Origin: a virus
Taxonomy: Duplodnaviria > Caudoviricetes
Length of the DNA stretch: 64,000 bases
Virus record (IMG/VR): IMGVR_UViG_3300003155_000119
Span: 32,001-96,000 of that record
Direction: 5' to 3' (one strand)
Positions 1 through 10,400 of this stretch are shown here, piece by piece. A program made the translations under genes and the position numbers. The notes beneath the pieces were generated by a model. It did not search any database and had not been told where the DNA came from. It saw only the letters and a list, made by a program, of their open reading frames with translations. Position 1 is the first letter of the stretch; the number at the start of each line of letters is the position of its first letter.

Positions 1-2
1 CC

Positions 3-692
3 TATTTCCGCGCTGAGATTAGGCGCTGTGATTAGCAGACTCAAGTAGGGGATAAAAAATATTGGACTTATATACGCGGTCCAATGGAAACGTCTATCTA
101 GTGGAATCAAAAAGGCGGTATTGAGTGGAATGACTTGAATTATTCTCTAGTTATGTACATTACTAAAGACGAATATACATCTGATTATTTTCATAGATTC
201 AATTTAGTGAAAGTACAAGAGCCAGATACAGATGTACAGAAAACTTGGCAAGTGGTTGCGGTCAATCCCTATTACGGGGACGGAATTATACAAGTTTATC
301 TGGACGAGTATTTTGAAAATACTATAGAGGAGACTGGGAAAGAGCCTGAGCCAGAACCGCCGGTGATTGACCCTAGTTCCATCTATATAGAGGGACCCGA
401 TACTGCGGCCGCATATGATGAGGTTGTTTGTACTATTGTCAATGCCGCGGATGGGACTTGGGAAGCTATTTTAAAAGAAAGAGTTTATTCTGTTAAAGAT
501 TTAGAGGCAAATACTGATAAGAGTAATAATGATACTTGGGTTCCTGTTCAAAAGACAGACGAGCTTGAATTAGCAAGAATTGATGATTATTCAATAAAGA
601 TTTTCCTAAATATTTCTAGTGGTTCTATTGTTGTGAATTATTTAGGAGAAGATGATGGAATTCTTGCTTCAAAAACTATTACCGTGAAATAA
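3..692 (+). CDS. Virion structural protein (head-tail connector/closure-like), 5'-truncated, TAG-recoded
   Basis: The frame of track ORF 135..692 stays open to the window edge except for TAG at 33 and 99. Ends TAA. Function inferred from position upstream of the tail genes. Confidence 0.6.
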
Positions 693-720
693 AAAGAGAT
701 AAAAGGAGATTTTAATTTTT

Positions 721-1308
721 ATGAAAGTAGATTTAGCTATGAAAAAGATAGATTTTAGTACATCTTTTCTCTCTTGTGAAAAAGATGCTGAATCTATTTT
801 AAGAAAATTATTTATAGAAAGTAGACCTTATAGTGATTATTTAAAGCGTCTATTGGTTATTAATACAAAAGATTGCCTAGATAATTTAGATAATGAAGTC
901 TATAATAAAAAAATTACTGAAATGACTTTGCCTAAATTGATAGAGGATGGTTATATAAAATTGGCACCTAAGATAAAAATGCCTGAACATGAAGAAATAA
1001 AATCTTATATTATCATTACTTTTGATGATTTTACTCAAACGTCAAATAATGAATTCAGAGATTGCACTATCAACTTTCATGTTCTAAGTCATACTGACTA
1101 TTGGGACTTAGGTAAATATAGATTGCGGCCAGTGAGAATTGTTGGTTATATAGACGGAATACTAAATAAAGCAAAGTTATCAGGAATTGGACGATTAGAA
1201 TTTTTAAGTTGCAGTTAGTTAGTATTAGACGAAACTCTATCTGGATATGTACTTAGCTATAGAGCGGTTCATGGTTCAGATGATAAAATAGAACAAGTGA
1301 ATGAATAA
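721..1308 (+). CDS. Putative tail completion/terminator-like protein, 195 aa (TAG read through)
   Basis: RBS AAAAGGAG. Reading through TAG 1216 gives ...FLSCS(Q)LVLDETLSGYVLSYRAVHGSDD...TAA, overlapping the next ATG. Confidence 0.65.
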
Positions 1309-2041
1309 TAAATTATTATTCTAGTCAAATAATGATATTCCTTTTCTTGAAGCAAAAGTTGTTGTGCATTAGCCAACTATAAAAGAAATTGCTCTTATTG
1401 GAGAAGATATTTTCTTCAGAGGGAGTGAGCTATTAACTTTATCTAAAGAAAATATTCCGAATGTGGGCAAAAATGATTTAAAGGGTTTTAGTAATTTTGA
1501 TATAATTATGTCAGTTATAAATAATAAAGATTTGAGTTCATAGAAAGAAAAAATAAATCTATTATTAACTTTGTCTCTTTTATTTCCTGATTATAAAATA
1601 AAATTATCTAATAGCTAGATAATTTTGACAAAAGATGAAAAAGAATTTTTTATTAATTCGTCTAATCACGAGTCTTTCAAGAAACTTTTAATACAAATGC
1701 TTTGTCTAGATTATAATAAGAAAGATGATAAAAAATATAATCCAGCAAATGGTAAAGCTGCGGAAATAGCAGAAAAAATAAGAAAAGGCAAATAGAAAGT
1801 AAACTAGTTAAAAAATAATAAATAGAATCAAGATATTCATATTTTATTATAGTATGTTTCTATTTTGTCTGTTGGTTTATAGAAAGATAAGAATTAGTTA
1901 ATGGAATATACAATTCCTCAACTTTATGACGAATATAAAAGATTTGAAATGAAATATTAGTATGATATGTACGTTCAACAGAAAATGCTTGGAGCAAAAA
2001 ATCTCAAAGAGATAAAATTCTGGATGGATGATATATATTAA
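1301..2041 (+). CDS. Tail-region protein (possible tail assembly factor), 246 aa, about 11 TAG codons, absent from ORF track
   Basis: MNNKLLF(Q)SNNDIPFLEAKVVVH(Q)PTIKEIALIGE...FWMDDIY-TAA. Fills the gap between its neighbours exactly. Confidence 0.75.
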
Positions 2042-2088
2042 AATTTATTAAATTAATTTAATAACTTTTTTAAGGAGGAAAAAATCTT

Positions 2089-5000
2089 ATGAAATTTGGC
2101 GTGAAACTAAATTAAGTCTTGCGCTTATATACCTTATCCTAATACCATAGGGGTTCTTAAATAAGAGCTAACGGGGAATGGGTGTCAATGTCACCAGAAT
2201 CCCGTGTCATGGCCGCAAGGCAGCGATGTAGAGACTAGAATATATTCGTAGGTTTGCTATTGGTACGCAAATCGAAACAGGTATAGGTGCGGTTTAAGGT
2301 CTGGCCGCATTTAAGAGATAGTCCATAGTTAATACTATGAAGAGAAATATGTAATGTTGTATTCCGTGCTAAATCTCCTATGAAGATTGGCAAGACAACA
2401 TTCCAAACTGGACAACCAGTTATTATGCTTGATACTGCAACTGCTTCCACTCTGGAAGGCGCTGCAACGACAGTCTACGCGCAGGGTTAAAAATAGCTCC
2501 ATATATAAGTGATTATATATGAAAACTGCTCTAATTGCTGGAAACTCTTATAAAAAATATAAGACAATCAGCAGCGAAGTAATTAAGAATAAAATATTTT
2601 GGGAGGCATATTGATTATGTTATTACAAATTAATTAGTTTATTCCTGAAGTAAAAGACCGTTATTTCATTTGTGACAATGGCGATTTATTTACTGATTTT
2701 GGTCAAAGAAAAATGAAAAATAGTACAAAAAATGGATATGTAAAGAACTCATTAGTCTTAAAAGATGGAACATCTAAATCATTTTTTAGACACCGTCTAG
2801 TTATGTTATGCTTTTGTCCCAACGAAAAAGCAAATGAATTACAAGTAAATCATATAGACGGAAATAAAGAAAATAATAGTATAGAAAATTTAGAATGGTG
2901 TACTAATCAAGAGAATAGAATTCATGCTGTAAAAATAGGACTTGCCGCGAGATTAATCGGTGAAGAAAATCCTGCTAGTAAATTAAAGGAAGAAGATGTG
3001 CTAGATATTATAAATGATTTATTAAATCATATTCCTTATTCTCAAATAATGAAAAAATATGAATGTTCTAAAAGTACTATTTCATCAATAAAGAATAAAA
3101 GAAACTGGTCTTATTTGACTAAAGATATTGATTTTAATTAAACGTTCAACGACTATCCTTTATGGAGTAGATTACAAGCTATTGGTAATTGAAATGGGCA
3201 GTCTCTCTTGGCGAGAGAAAGATATAGTCTAATCTCATATGTGAATATGAGCTGTCGAAAGACGCATATAGTGTAGCGAACTATATGGAATATTAATGGG
3301 ACGCGGAAATGTTCGTTTAATTGCGTGGGATGAAAAGAAAATTACTCACCGGCTCACGAATCTTAGTAATAAGATAAAGAAAAATCTCGTGAATTGCTGG
3401 GACACCCAAAATCATTTTGGGCAATCAGCAGCCAAGGGGCGCATATAAAATAAATGCGTTCAAGGTTCAACGACTATCCTTTATGGAGTAGGGCTAAGCG
3501 GCCCGAAGCGCGAGACTCCTATTTTTAGGATGAAGATATAGTCTCATCTAAGTGGATATATAAAGACTTAGTAGTTCATTAGAGAACACATAGAAATTAG
3601 CGACTTCTATGGAAGATACACTCGTTATGAGGTGAGAAAACATTAACCTTCACCGTCACCGATGCTCTTCTCAGCGCTACTGGATTTGCAATCCTGTCTG
3701 GCGCTGGATTAATTACACAAAATACTGGAACTAAAGTTCACTATCATGTAACAACTAATACAACTTGTGCAGCTACTGAAATTGATTTAACTGATGCTCT
3801 CACACCTTTTGGCACAGGTGCTCAAATTTGTGATACTGCACCTATTTATGTCATTGAAACAGAAGCAGATGGTTCTATCACTGGAACTTTCTTAACTAAC
3901 GTAACTGTTGACGTGGGTGGAAAGAAATTAAAGGGTACCTTTACAGCGGGTAAAGCTGTCACTGTTGACTATTATGTGCTAGTCGATGGTGCTGGTATTG
4001 ACGAAATTCAGATTGATGCTGAGAACTTCGCAGGATACTTCTATGTAGAAGCGGATACTTTATTCCGTCGGCAGTCTGACGGTGTTGACCTGCCCTGCAA
4101 CATCACTCTACCTAACGTTAAGATTCAGTCTAACTTCACCTTCTCTATGGCTTCAACTGGAGATCCAAGTGAACTAATGCGCTTGGCGGCTTAAATAAAA
4201 GCTGAAAAATTTAGTTCTTTAATTGCGGGAAAACCCTTAGAGCTTTTACAACTAAAGCAATATAGAAATATATTGACTGGCGAGGGTAATGACTAAGGTA
4301 TAGTAAAATCGTAAAAGATTGGGTAATCCGCAGCAAAGATTTCGTATTTGACTTTTTATAAAATATAAGATATAATTAAAATAAAAAAAGGAGAAATGAA
4401 AGAGTGGAAAAACGTATACATGACTTCATTCCAGAAATAAAAGATTATTATACAATTACTTCAGATGGATTAATATACAGTGATAATTCTGGATTAATGA
4501 AAACTAGAGATAGAGCAGGAACTGACTATCAAATAATTAATTTAAGCAAATTAGACGGAAGTAAAAGGACTTTTAGGGTTCACCGTTTAGTAATGATGGC
4601 TTTCAATCCTGTTAAAAATATGAATGAATTAGAAGTAAATCATATAGATGGAAATAAAAAAAATAATAAATTAGAAAATCTTGAATGGTGTACTGCTAGT
4701 GAAAATCAAATTCATGCTTTTAAAACTGGACTAAATAAACCAAGAAAAGGAGAAGAAAGCAATCTCTCTAAATTGACTGAAGATGATGTAAAAAAAGTAT
4801 TTGAGTTAAGAGAAAAAGGTCTTTTACAAAAAGAAATTGCTGAAATAGTTGGATGTACAAAAAGTAATATATCTTGTATTTTAAGAAAAAAGTCTTGGAA
4901 GAAATAATGTTCAACGACTATCCTTTATGGAGTAGCTCTAAGTAGAGCGAAATGGGAACTTAAAAGATATAGTCTCAACTATACTGAAAAGTATAGCAGT

Positions 5001-5237
5001 TCATAAAGAACGCATATAGATTAACGACCTATATGGAAGATATTGACATTCGATTTCACAATGGACGCCTTCCCTGGCGTTACTTATTTCAATCCTGGAC
5101 GGCAAGTTTTGTGCGCAATGCAGGTGTTGAATAACTACAACGCTGGTGCGGATACTATTGAATCTGTATTCTTACATGATGATGCTGAAGTTATTGCGGA
5201 GGCAGAGAACGATTCTGCGGAAGGCGCCGGAGGTTAA
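2089..5237 (+). CDS. Major tail tube protein, spliced from 5 exons (2089-2102, 2340-2487, 3299-3331, 3631-4170, 5046-5237), 308 aa
   Basis: RBS AAGGAGG. Exons sum to 927 nt, in frame: MKFGV/REICNVVFRAK...YAQG/GRGNVRLIAWD/GEKTLTFTVTDAL...ASTGDPS/TFDFTMDAF. Lies upstream of the tape measure gene and is followed by a terminator. Confidence 0.8.
2103..2339 (+). ncRNA. Group I intron 1 (237 nt, no ORF)
   Basis: 5' exon ends in T and the intron ends in G. Core motifs AACGGGGAA, AATCCCGTG, GTAGAGACTA, AAGAGATAGTCC. Guide TCTTGCGC pairs with junction GCGT|AAGA. Confidence 0.9.
2488..3298 (+). ncRNA. Group I intron 2 (811 nt) with HNH endonuclease
   Basis: GGT|TAA start. Core motifs AATTGCTGGAAA, AATCAGCAGC, TTCAACGACTA, AAGATATAGTCT. 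Terminal G3298 restores YAQG-GRGN. Confidence 0.9.
2617..3141 (+). CDS. Intron-encoded HNH homing endonuclease, 174 aa (TAG at 2635 read through)
   Basis: HRLV...VNHIDGNKENN...NLEWCT..EN..HA motif. RBS GGGAGG at 2601. The N-terminus IN(Q)FIPEVKDRYFI aligns with IHDFIPEIKDYYTI of the intron-4 HNH. Confidence 0.88.
3332..3630 (+). ncRNA. Group I intron 3 (about 299 nt, no ORF); junction uncertain by 1 nt
   Basis: Core motifs AATTGCTGGGA, AATCAGCAGCC, TTCAACGACTA, AAGATATAGTCT. Guide CTCACCGGCTCACG (3345-3358) pairs with CGTGGGAT|GGTGAG. Confidence 0.85.
4348..4376 (+). promoter_or_regulatory. Sigma70/sigmaA-type promoter inside intron 4
   Basis: TTGACT-N17-TATAAT followed by RBS AAAGGAG and the HNH start. 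Confidence 0.8.
4404..4907 (+). CDS. Intron-encoded HNH homing endonuclease with C-terminal HTH, 167 aa
   Basis: VHRLV...EVNHIDGNKKNN..ENLEWCT.SEN..HA motif. C-terminal LLQKEIAEIVGCTKSNIS helix-turn-helix. Confidence 0.9.
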   Translation: MEKRIHDFIPEIKDYYTITSDGLIYSDNSGLMKTRDRAGTDYQIINLSKLDGSKRTFRVHRLVMMAFNPVKNMNELEVNHIDGNKKNNKLENLEWCTASENQIHAFKTGLNKPRKGEESNLSKLTEDDVKKVFELREKGLLQKEIAEIVGCTKSNISCILRKKSWKK

Positions 5238-5300
5238 TAAGGAAGCTTTATAACAATTCCTTTTATGAGCAAATAAGTAGGAAAAAGATATAATAATTAC

Positions 5301-5332
5301 AGGCTATGTCTTAATCAGGCATAGCCTTTTTT
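5301..5332 (+). terminator. Rho-independent terminator after tail tube gene
   Basis: AGGCTATGTC/GGCATAGCCT stem followed by a T-tract. Confidence 0.8.
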
Positions 5333-5377
5333 GTAAAATGGAGATTTATACGTTACTAATAAAAAAAGGAGCAAAAA

Positions 5378-6745
5378 ATGAGCGCAATAGGAGATTACAT
5401 ACATTTGCACGCTGCGAATTATCTAACTTATGGAACTTTTAGACGCGGCCAAGGAGAAAACTCTTGGGTAGATAGTTATAATGCCTAGATGCAAATAAAC
5501 AAAAACAGAATAGATGCCTTGGCCGCGCATAATAAAGAAATTAATGAAGAATTAGTTCGTTTAAAAGAAATAATTAAAGACGAAAGTTTAAATACTGAAA
5601 ATACGGGCAGACAAGAGCTAGAAAGAAAATGGTAGCAGGACGCAAATCGAGCAGTACAAGAGTGCTAGAGTTATATAATAAACTAGATGTCTAATACCAT
5701 AATAAGCAAGAGCGCAATTAAAAAAAATATTCAAGAATCATCTGATTAGACTGATTATAAAAATTTAATGAAAGCGGTCTAGGTAAGAAATAATATATAT
5801 AAGAAAATAGACCAAATAAATAAAAACGATAATGCAGTTCCGCAATCAACTATTACTTAGCTATTGAATTTATTTGACGAATTCTTTGCGCTATTGGGGA
5901 TGAAATCTTTTAGAAATGTTTATAAAGGAAGTCTTTCAAATAGAAATACTTTAAATTAGCTATATAATATGTTAAGGAATATGTAGATTAGTAAATTTCA
6001 GTTATCTACATATAATGGCGAATTAGGTGAATATATTATTGCCTCTTGCGGCAATATTGCGTTAAAAGAAGCTGGTCAAGCAATTAATGACTCCCTTACT
6101 TCCTTAATAAGAGGAGATGAAAAGTCTTCTTTCTCTTTAGATGAATCACTATTACCTAAAAAGATTCAAGAGGAATTAGTAAAAATTACTGATGGACAAT
6201 ATAACCTATACAGAATTTAGAATACTTAGAATAAAGTTGATGTAGAAATACAATTTAATGACATGAACTTAGGGGTTTCGGTAAAGAACTATAAAAGAAG
6301 AAGAAAATCAAAAGGTGCGCACTTACAAGATGTTAATCTAATATATCAGTTGGCTGCGGCGGCAGATAATTTTGGTAATCACTGGCTAAATATTCATTCA
6401 TTGGATATAAAGCCTGGCCGCGATTATATGGACGATGCTTTGACTCAGTCTATTAGATATGAAGCATTGGTCAGTGGTAACTTAATGAAAGGCGCGAGTG
6501 CTAGTTTAGCTAATGTGTTTATTGCTATTGATGCGCAAAACGGTTCTGTTATAACTAAGACCTCTTATGATATTTTGACAAAATCTAATGAAATATCTAA
6601 CTTTATTATTAAGCCATTGGTTTCCTCTATAAATTTATCTAGTGCAAATGTTTTTGTAGAAGAATCATACGAAGCTAGAATAGCGAATATATTAAACGCA
6701 TTAAGAAGATATAAAATTGCTGTAAATTATAAGCTGAACTTCTAA
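5378..6745 (+). CDS. Hypothetical protein, 455 aa, about 11 TAG; possible restriction-endonuclease-like fold
   Basis: RBS AAAGGAG. Read codon by codon with no TAA/TGA; in frame with track ORF 6263..6745. Motif GELGEY...KVDV...SVKNY. Confidence 0.7.
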
Positions 6746-6763
6746 ACTCTGAGGATTCCTTAC

Positions 6764-6792
6764 TTGACAAAAGAAAAATTTTATGGCATAAT
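6764..6792 (+). promoter_or_regulatory. SigmaA-type promoter
   Basis: TTGACA-N17-CATAAT with extended -10 TG. Confidence 0.75.
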
Positions 6793-6856
6793 TAACCTAA
6801 GAGGGAAGGAAAGAAAAAATTTCTCAAACAAAAAAGAAGGAGAAAATAATATTATT

Positions 6857-7384
6857 ATGAATAGAATTACTTTTAATAAATTAAATATAAAACAACAAGA
6901 TACTATTAAGACTATTAAATATAATGATTGTACAATAGAAGTCTTACAATCATTACCTACTAGAGATATTAATGATTTTATATATGCGGTTTTAGCTAAA
7001 TCTGAACAAGATGATGGAACTTATAATGAAGTATTACTAAATGCTTATTTTCATTTATATTTAATTTATCTTTATACAAATATTACTTTTACACAAAAGC
7101 AAAAGGAAGATGAATTAAAATTATATGATTTAATTAATAATTCTGGCTTATTAGATGCGGTTTTAGGTGTTTTTCCTGAAGAGGAATACAATGATTTACT
7201 TGATTATTTAAATAAAACAAGAGAAGAGAAATCTACTTATAAAAGGTCTGTTGCAGGTGTCCTAGATAAAGTAATTAATGATATGCCAAAAAATGCTGAG
7301 GCCGCAGCTAAAATAGTTGATAATTTTGACCAAGAAAAATATCAAAATGTTCTTAAATTAGCAAAAGCCACTGGGATGAAATAA
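6857..7384 (+). CDS. Hypothetical protein, 175 aa, TAG-free
   Basis: RBS AAGGAGA precedes ATG 6857. The track's TTG start at 6764 is the -35 box. Confidence 0.75.
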   Translation: MNRITFNKLNIKQQDTIKTIKYNDCTIEVLQSLPTRDINDFIYAVLAKSEQDDGTYNEVLLNAYFHLYLIYLYTNITFTQKQKEDELKLYDLINNSGLLDAVLGVFPEEEYNDLLDYLNKTREEKSTYKRSVAGVLDKVINDMPKNAEAAAKIVDNFDQEKYQNVLKLAKATGMK

Positions 7385-7482
7385 ATTCGGACAAAAATAA
7401 TTAATTTATATACCTCTATGATTAAATATCATAAAGGTATTTTTTTTATACTTTTTCCGCGGAAAGGAGATAAAAGGATTAT

Positions 7483-10400
7483 ATGGCTAATAATATTAGA
7501 TTTAATATAGGCTTTGATGTAGATAAGAAAGGTCTTGAAGAAATCAAGAATGAATTGAAATCTATTCAAAGCACTACAACAGAAGAATATCTAAAAATAA
7601 ATATTAATTAGACTGATTTAAATTAGGTTACTAAAGATTTAGCAGAAATTAACTATGCGGCGTCTACTGTACAAAATGCACTAGATAAAGCATTTAATGC
7701 TAAATTAGATACTTTTAATATTTAGACTTTTAATAATTATTTAAAAGATGCAGATTTGACTTTAGATGAAGTATATTCATCTTTTAGTAAGTTAGGGACG
7801 CAAGGACAAAGCGCGTTTAGAAAATTAAGTTAGTAGATTTTAACAACTAATACTTAGCTTGATAAAACTTCTACAGTATTAGATGACTTATTTTAGACTT
7901 TATCTAATACTGTAAAGTGGAATGTCGCGTCAACAGCGGTAAATGCTTTGGCGGGTCAAGTATCTTAGGCTTTTGGATACGTTAAAAATTTAGACAGTTC
8001 GTTAAATGATATTAGAATTGTTACAGGTGAGTCTGCTGAATAGATGGATGAATTTGCTCGCAAGGCTAATGATGCGGCGATTGCGTTAGGACAACAAACA
8101 ACGGAATACACGAACGCTAGTCTAATCTACAGACAATAGGGATTGGATACGGAAGAGTCCGATGTGCGTGCCAGATTAACTTTGATGACCGCCAATGTTA
8201 CTGGACAGGACGCGTAGGACGTATCAGAGTAGCTAACTGCGGTTTGGAACGGGTACCAAGTATCCGCAGAAGAGGCTGAGATATACATTGATAGGCTTGC
8301 AGTTGCGGCAGCAGCTACAGCCGCAGACCTGGAAGAACTATCCACTGGTATGTCAAGAGTAGCTTCAACTGCAAACGCAATGGGTGTGCAAGAAGAGTAG
8401 TTAGCCTCTATGCTAGCTACAATTATCTCTGTTACTCGTCAGGCACCAGAATCTGTAGGCACAGCTGCCAATACTGTCTTAACAAGAATGGCTGATATAA
8501 CCGCGGATTTAAATGACGAGGTATCTTTGGATAATTACACCAAGAAAATGAATGAACTTGGTATAAACGTCTTAGATGCTAACAATAATTTGCGCGAAAT
8601 GGGAGATGTAATCACTGAGATTGGGTCTAAATGGACAGACCTCTCAAGAGAACAACAATTAGCTTTGGCGCAAATTATTGGTGGAACTCATCAATTCAAT
8701 ACCGTCTTGGCGCTATTCGATAACTGGGACCAGTATCTTTCTACTCTTGAACAAGTGAATAATGCAGAAGGCGCACTTCAAGAGCAGCAAGATATTTATA
8801 TGGAGTCTACTAGAGCGCATTTAGATGCTTTAACCGCACAGTGGGAGGACTTATTTGATTCTCTATTGGACTCAGATTCTATTAATGGAGTAACAGATTT
8901 CTTAAGAGGATTAGTTGGATTAGTAACTAATTTAGTTGATTCTCTTGGCGGCGGTGAGGAAGTATTTATTGCTTTTGGTTCAGTTCTAACAAGAGTATTT
9001 AGTTCTTAGATTTCCGCTGGATTAAATACTTTCATTTCTAATATTCAAGTTGCGCTTTAGAATGTTTAGAATGCAAAAGATTAGTTGCAGTTAGGGCAGT
9101 CTTTAAGTGACGGGAACTATGATTCTCTTACTAATGAGATAAATCAAATGAGCGCCGCGTATCAAAAATATTCAAAATATTTAACTGAGGCGCAAAAAGA
9201 AGAAGTAAAAAGAACTATTGAATCAAGAGAAGCAATTATCACTGAAGCGCAAGCTTGGGAACAAGCAAAGAAGTCTCTTGAAGAATATTATAATACTTAT
9301 GTACCCGCAGATGATAGAGTAGGTGGAGATAATACTTAGATTATATCTGCGGCAAATTTAGATTCTTATAGTGAAGATGAGCTATTAGATATTGAGACTT
9401 CTTTGGAGAACGCCCAAGACAGATTCCGTAGGTCTAATGATAGAGCTAAAGAATTTAATAATACTATTAATCAACTGACTTAGGGACTTAAACAAAATAG
9501 TTTAAGTTTGGATGAAATCAACGAAGGCTACAGATAGGTTTATATTGAACTAGATAGAACAGAAGAAGCTGTTCAAAATTATCTAAATAATTTAGACCAA
9601 GAGTCTTAGGCATATATACAATTAAATTCTCTATTAGACCAATATAGACAATAGAGAGAAAGAGTAGTCTCAACTTATGGCGAAAGTAGAATAGGTGAAG
9701 GCTTTGCTACAGATGATAAAGCTAGAATCTCTTTATAGAATTTAATAAGAGGCTGGCAAAAAGAAACAACTAATTCAGTTACTGCCGCAGAGGAGTCATT
9801 AGATACTGTATACAATGCTTTAGCAGAAAAAAGTTCTTAGATTAATGTTTAGATGCAAAAATCTAATGAACAGGTAAAAGCTCTTTGGAAGACTTTCTCT
9901 CAACCAGAGGCAATAAACGCCTTAACAGAAGTGGTTGCGGCAAGTGGTTCTGCTTTAAGTATTTTTACCTAGATAAAATAGTTAGGTTCTATTTGGACGG
10001 ATGAAAATTTATCTGATGGTGAAAGATTTTTACAAACTTTATTTGGTATCGTCAACATTGGGGGCCAAGCTGTATCAATATTAAGCAGCATAGCAAGTAT
10101 ATCTAATGCTGCATCTGCCTTCTCCGGCATTGCTTCTGCCGTTACTTCTTTTGCCGCAGTTAATCCTATCTTAATTGGAGTGGGTGTCGCCATAGCCGCA
10201 ATCGGCGGAGTTTATGTTGCGGCAACAGATGCCGCTGAAAAATATGATGAGGCGTAGAGAAGAGCGTTTTCAGAATCTCTAAGCGCTGTAGAGGAAAATA
10301 AAACAAAAATACAAGAACTTTCTTCTTAGTTAGAGGACAATAGACAAAAGATAGAAGAAATAAATGAAGCTGGTCCATTGTCTATAACAGATGAGCAAGA

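Larger units (their letters stand above)
4171..5045 (+). ncRNA. Group I intron 4 (875 nt) with HNH endonuclease
   Basis: CCAAGT| pairs with GCTTGG (U.G). Core motifs AATTGCGGGAAA, AATCCGCAGC, TTCAACGACTA, AAGATATAGTCT. Terminal G5045 restores GDPS-TFDF. Confidence 0.9.

Noticed and set aside
4396-4440. Alternative ATG giving MKEWK..., resembling a NUMOD4 start for the intron-4 HNH
   Set aside because: That frame closes after 14 codons. The GTG 4404 frame aligns with the intron-2 paralog.
6857-7482. Programmed -1 frameshift tail chaperone pair before the tape measure gene
   Set aside because: No convincing slippery site with an extended downstream frame was found.
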